Assembly: GCA_034667225.1 (NCBI GenBank)
Contig: JAXDKG010000058.1
Location: 131,452-195,451, forward strand
Length of the DNA: 64,000 nt
Reading direction: 5' to 3'
Source: Acidobacteriota bacterium
GTDB taxonomy: Bacteria; Acidobacteriota; Thermoanaerobaculia; Multivoradales; UBA5704
In this document: piece by piece, positions 60,955 to 64,000 of the stretch
Position numbering within the stretch: the stretch's first letter is position 1
Layout of the letters: each line of letters begins with the position of its first letter
The notes under the pieces: generated by a model
The model's input: only the letters and a program-made list of their open reading frames with translations
The model's database searches: none
Told to the model about the DNA's origin: nothing
Program-made: the position numbers and the translations under genes

Positions 60955-62889
60955 CTACGTCCCCAGCTCCGCGATCTGCTCCTCGATCTTCTCCCACTCG
61001 CCCATGAGCTTCTCGACCTTTTCGGAGAGGGTCTTCTGCTCTCCTTCGAGCTTCTTCACCTGGTCGCGCGAGGTGCGGTCGAAGAAGGTGGGATCGCAGA
61101 ACATCTCGTTGATCGCATGGACGCGGTTCTCGGACTGCTCCACCTGGGCGGTCAGCTCGTCGCGGCGCTTGGTGAGGTCTTTGAGGAGACGCTGGCGCTG
61201 CTTGTCGTCCGGCGCGGTGCCGTTGCTCTTCGCCGTAGCCGTCGCCGCGGCTTTCTTCTTCTGCTCGCGCTTCATGCGCAGCACGGCGTCGGCGTCCAGG
61301 TGGTCGTCGCCCAGCCGCTCCAGGTACTCCTCATAGGTGCCGCGGAAGTCCTGAATCCCCTTGGGCGAGATCTCCAGGATGCGGTTCGCGAGCTGCTGCA
61401 CGAACCAGCGGTCGTGCGAGACGAAGATCAGAGTGCCGTCGTACTCGCGCAGCCCCTCGACCAGCGCCTCGATGGCTTCGAGATCCAGGTGGTTCGTGGG
61501 CTCGTCCAGGATCAGGACGTTCGGCTTGGTCACGGACAGCTTGCAGAAGACCAGGCGGGCCGCCTCGCCTCCGGAGAGGCCTCCCAGCGGCTTCTTCACG
61601 TCGTCGCCCGAGAAGAGCACCATGCCGAGATTGCCGCGCACGAAGCCGATGGGCTGGCCGGGGACGGCTTCCCAGAGCCAAGCCTCGACCGTCTGCTTGC
61701 TCCCCTTGGGAACTTCATTGTGGTCCTGGGAGAAGTAGCCGGGGTAGGTCTCGTACCCCCACTCGATGCGGCCCGCGTCGGGCTCGACCTCGCCCACCGC
61801 GATCTTGAGCAGGGTGGACTTGCCGATGCCGTTGGGGCCGATGATGGCGATGCGGTCGCCGCGCTCGACGCGCAGCGAGACGTCCTTGAGCACCTGGTTG
61901 TCGCCGTAGGACTTGGAGATCCCCTCGATCTCCAGCGCCTGCCGGCCGCTCGGGCGGACCTGCTTGAACTTGAAGGTCGGATAGCGGCGCGAGGTCTGGG
62001 GGAGGCGCTCGATGACGATCTTCTCCATCATCTTCATCTTGCTCTGCGCCTGGCGCGCCTTGGTGGCCTTGGCCTTGAAGCGGTCCACGAACTCCTTGTG
62101 GCGGGCGATCTCCGCCTCCCGCTTCTCGATCTCCGCCTCCTTGCGGTCCCGGTTGCCCACCTTGGCCTCCATGAAGGCCGTGTAGTTGCCGGGGTAGAGG
62201 ATGATCGTCTCGTAGTCCACGTCGACGATGTGGGTGCAGATGTTGTCGAGGAAGCGATGGTCGTGGGAGATGACGACCGCGGTACCCTTGTAGTCCATCA
62301 GGAACTTCTCCAGCCAGCGGATGGAGAGGATGTCCAGGTGGTTCGTGGGCTCGTCGAGGAGGAGGGCGTCGGGATCGGCCGCCAGCACCTGGGCGAGGAG
62401 CACGCGCAGCTTGAAGCCGCCCGAGAGCGTCGACAGGGGATTGCGGTGCACCTCGGTCGGAATGCCGAGGCCTTCCAGGATCTCGCCGGCCCGCGATTCG
62501 AGGGTGTAGCCGTCGTGGCGCAGGATGAGGTCCTCGACGTCGGCATAGCGCTCGGCGTCAAACTCCGTGTCGGAGTTTTCGAGGAGGCGCTCCTTCTCCA
62601 TCATCGCCTCCCAGACCTCGTGGTTGCCCATCATGGCGACCTCGAGGATGGGCATGTGCTCGTAGCGGAAGTGGTCCTGCTTGAGCACGCCCAGCTTGAG
62701 GCGCTTGGGCATGTTGATCGTGCCCTCGCTGGTCAGCTCGTCGCCGGTCAGCATGCGCAGGAACGTGGACTTGCCTGAGCCGTTGGCCCCCACGAGGCCA
62801 TATTTGTTGCCAGGGTTGAATTGCAGCGACACTCCCTCGAAGAGAGTCTGCTGCCCGAAGGACTTGCCAAGGTCTGAAACCGCGATCAT
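60955..62889 (-). CDS. ABC-F family ATPase (two ABC cassettes, C-terminal coiled coil)
   Basis: Start MIAVSDLGKSFG at 62889. Walker A motifs GANGSGKST and GPNGIGKST. Signatures LSGGFKLR and LSGGEAAR. No TM segments. The Lys/Glu-rich helical tail resembles Uup. The ORF-track 769-aa version is over-extended. Confidence 0.85.
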   Translation of the reverse strand: MIAVSDLGKSFGQQTLFEGVSLQFNPGNKYGLVGANGSGKSTFLRMLTGDELTSEGTINMPKRLKLGVLKQDHFRYEHMPILEVAMMGNHEVWEAMMEKERLLENSDTEFDAERYADVEDLILRHDGYTLESRAGEILEGLGIPTEVHRNPLSTLSGGFKLRVLLAQVLAADPDALLLDEPTNHLDILSIRWLEKFLMDYKGTAVVISHDHRFLDNICTHIVDVDYETIILYPGNYTAFMEAKVGNRDRKEAEIEKREAEIARHKEFVDRFKAKATKARQAQSKMKMMEKIVIERLPQTSRRYPTFKFKQVRPSGRQALEIEGISKSYGDNQVLKDVSLRVERGDRIAIIGPNGIGKSTLLKIAVGEVEPDAGRIEWGYETYPGYFSQDHNEVPKGSKQTVEAWLWEAVPGQPIGFVRGNLGMVLFSGDDVKKPLGGLSGGEAARLVFCKLSVTKPNVLILDEPTNHLDLEAIEALVEGLREYDGTLIFVSHDRWFVQQLANRILEISPKGIQDFRGTYEEYLERLGDDHLDADAVLRMKREQKKKAAATATAKSNGTAPDDKQRQRLLKDLTKRRDELTAQVEQSENRVHAINEMFCDPTFFDRTSRDQVKKLEGEQKTLSEKVEKLMGEWEKIEEQIAELGT

Positions 62890-62940
62890 AGAGCCGGGGA
62901 TGATAGCATCGTAGCCAATCTCTGTCCCTGGAGGATAACC

Positions 62941-63081
62941 ATGCGCCGCCCGACGCTCTTCCACATGCTTGCCGTGGCTTGCCTGGCCATGGTGCTTGCC
63001 AGCCCCGCCCGGGCGGGGCTGAACCGCTGGAGCGGATTTGGGAGCACCGAGCAGCACGGAGCTCCTTCGGGAAGACCGTGA
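62941..63081 (+). CDS. possible 46-aa secreted micro-protein (or remnant of a truncated gene)
   Basis: ATG 62941 is preceded by GGAGG (62930-62934). MRRPTLFHMLAVACLAMVLASPARA resembles a signal peptide and is followed by GLNRWSGFGSTEQHGAPSGRP and a stop. It is below the ORF-track length cut-off. Confidence 0.25.
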   Translation: MRRPTLFHMLAVACLAMVLASPARAGLNRWSGFGSTEQHGAPSGRP

Positions 63082-63130
63082 TCGCTGATCCAAACGGATG
63101 GATCGCATCTTGCACCCCCGACCTACCGGA

Positions 63131-64000
63131 ATGCAGTCAGTCCGCACTCGGAACATACCTCCGCCGCCCGCTCGACGGCGGCGGCCCCGGCTGAAATGGG
63201 CCATCGCCGCGCTGGTCCTTTTGGCCGTCGGCGCCTTCGTCATCCGGCCGTTCTGGCAGCTCACGAGCCAGTTCGACGACCTGACGTTCCGCCAGCCGTC
63301 CCGGCTTTATGCCAAGGCGACGCGGATCGCCCCTGGCCGGAGCTATCCGGTGAGCCTGCTGATCTCCGATCTGCGGGCCGAGGGGTATCGGGAGGACACG
63401 GACACCAATCCTCTCCCCGCCGGCCGGTACCGCAAGGTCGGACGCGGCCTCGCCGTCCATCTGCGGAGCTTCCCGCGGCCGGACGGCAGCGAGGGGGGCG
63501 GGCTGGTCGAGATCACCTACCGCGGCAGCCGCATCGCCGGCCTGCGCCAGGACAGCGGAAAAGTCGATTCGGTCATCCTCGAGCCGCCGCTTCTGGCCTC
63601 GTACTACGGGCCCGAGCAGTACGAGCGCCGGCCGATCCGGGTGGACCAGGTCTCCAAGGACCTGATCAATGCCGTGGTCGCGGCCGAGGATGACAACTTC
63701 TTCGACCACTCGGGCTTCTCTTTCAGCGGCATCGCGCGGGCGGTCTGGGTCAACTTCCGGGGCGGCCAGATCCGCCAGGGCGGCAGCACTCTCACCCAGC
63801 AGCTCGTTAAGAACCTCTACCTGACCCACGAGCGCACCTGGGGGCGCAAGGGGCAGGAGCTGATCCTCGCCGTCCTTCTCGAGCTGCGCTATGAGAAGGA
63901 AGAGATCCTGGAGGCCTACCTCAACGAGATCTACCTCGGCGGCAGCGGCGGCGTCTCGCTGATGGGCATGGGCGCCGCCTCCCGCGCCTACTTCGGCAAG
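63131..64000 (+). CDS. class A penicillin-binding protein, PBP1B-like (3' partial, runs off window end)
   Basis: The hand-translated frame is open from ATG 63131 to base 64000. A TM anchor (LKWAIAALVLLAVGAFVI) is followed by an insert of about 130 aa and then GT51 motifs EDDNFFDHSG, RQGGSTLTQQLVKN and EILEAYLNEIYLG. Confidence 0.8.
   Translation, partial: MQSVRTRNIPPPPARRRRPRLKWAIAALVLLAVGAFVIRPFWQLTSQFDDLTFRQPSRLYAKATRIAPGRSYPVSLLISDLRAEGYREDTDTNPLPAGRYRKVGRGLAVHLRSFPRPDGSEGGGLVEITYRGSRIAGLRQDSGKVDSVILEPPLLASYYGPEQYERRPIRVDQVSKDLINAVVAAEDDNFFDHSGFSFSGIARAVWVNFRGGQIRQGGSTLTQQLVKNLYLTHERTWGRKGQELILAVLLELRYEKEEILEAYLNEIYLGGSGGVSLMGMGAASRAYFGK

Overview
High-G+C bacterial chromosomal window. 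From the gene content I would guess Acidobacteriota or a similar soil lineage, but that is only a guess. About half of it (26967..60047, minus strand) is one hybrid NRPS/PKS operon of six translationally coupled megasynthase genes: FAAL-ACP-C-A-T | KS-AT-KR-ACP | C-A-T-E | C-A-T-E | C-A-T-C-A-T | C-A-T-C-A-T-TE, followed by two luciferase-like monooxygenase (LLM) genes. This predicts an N-acylated heptapeptide with one malonate extension of residue 1 (a statine-like unit), two D-residues, one Thr and one residue loaded by a Lys2-like adenylation domain. The most unusual signal is at DNA level. Two families of short GC-rich palindromic repeats lie in frame inside these genes, at the A2-A3 loop of four different A domains, in the KS-AT linker, in the A-T linker and inside a C domain. 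One copy supplies the stop codon of the TE gene. A related copy lies intergenically between convergent genes at 21925..21975. A 13-unit array with an exact 20-bp period (26711..26970) lies at the 3' end of the operon, and three phased GGGTAGA-N4/5-TCTACCC palindromes lie at its 5' end. The rest is ordinary accessory and housekeeping content. It includes a vapBC pair, an orphan Phd antitoxin, a frameshifted PIN toxin with a DUF104-type antitoxin, and a YtrA-type GntR/ABC operon with a perfect operator. There are also several amidohydrolases, an arginase-family protein, a patatin, a B3 metallo-beta-lactamase, a NUDIX-MBL fusion and a predicted pseudokinase. A consensus sigma-54 promoter precedes a small secreted protein gene. 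An ABC-F ATPase and the 5' part of a PBP1B-like gene close the window. I saw no rRNA, tRNA, CRISPR array, transposase or integrase. All calls come from reading the translations and DNA by eye; no searches were run.
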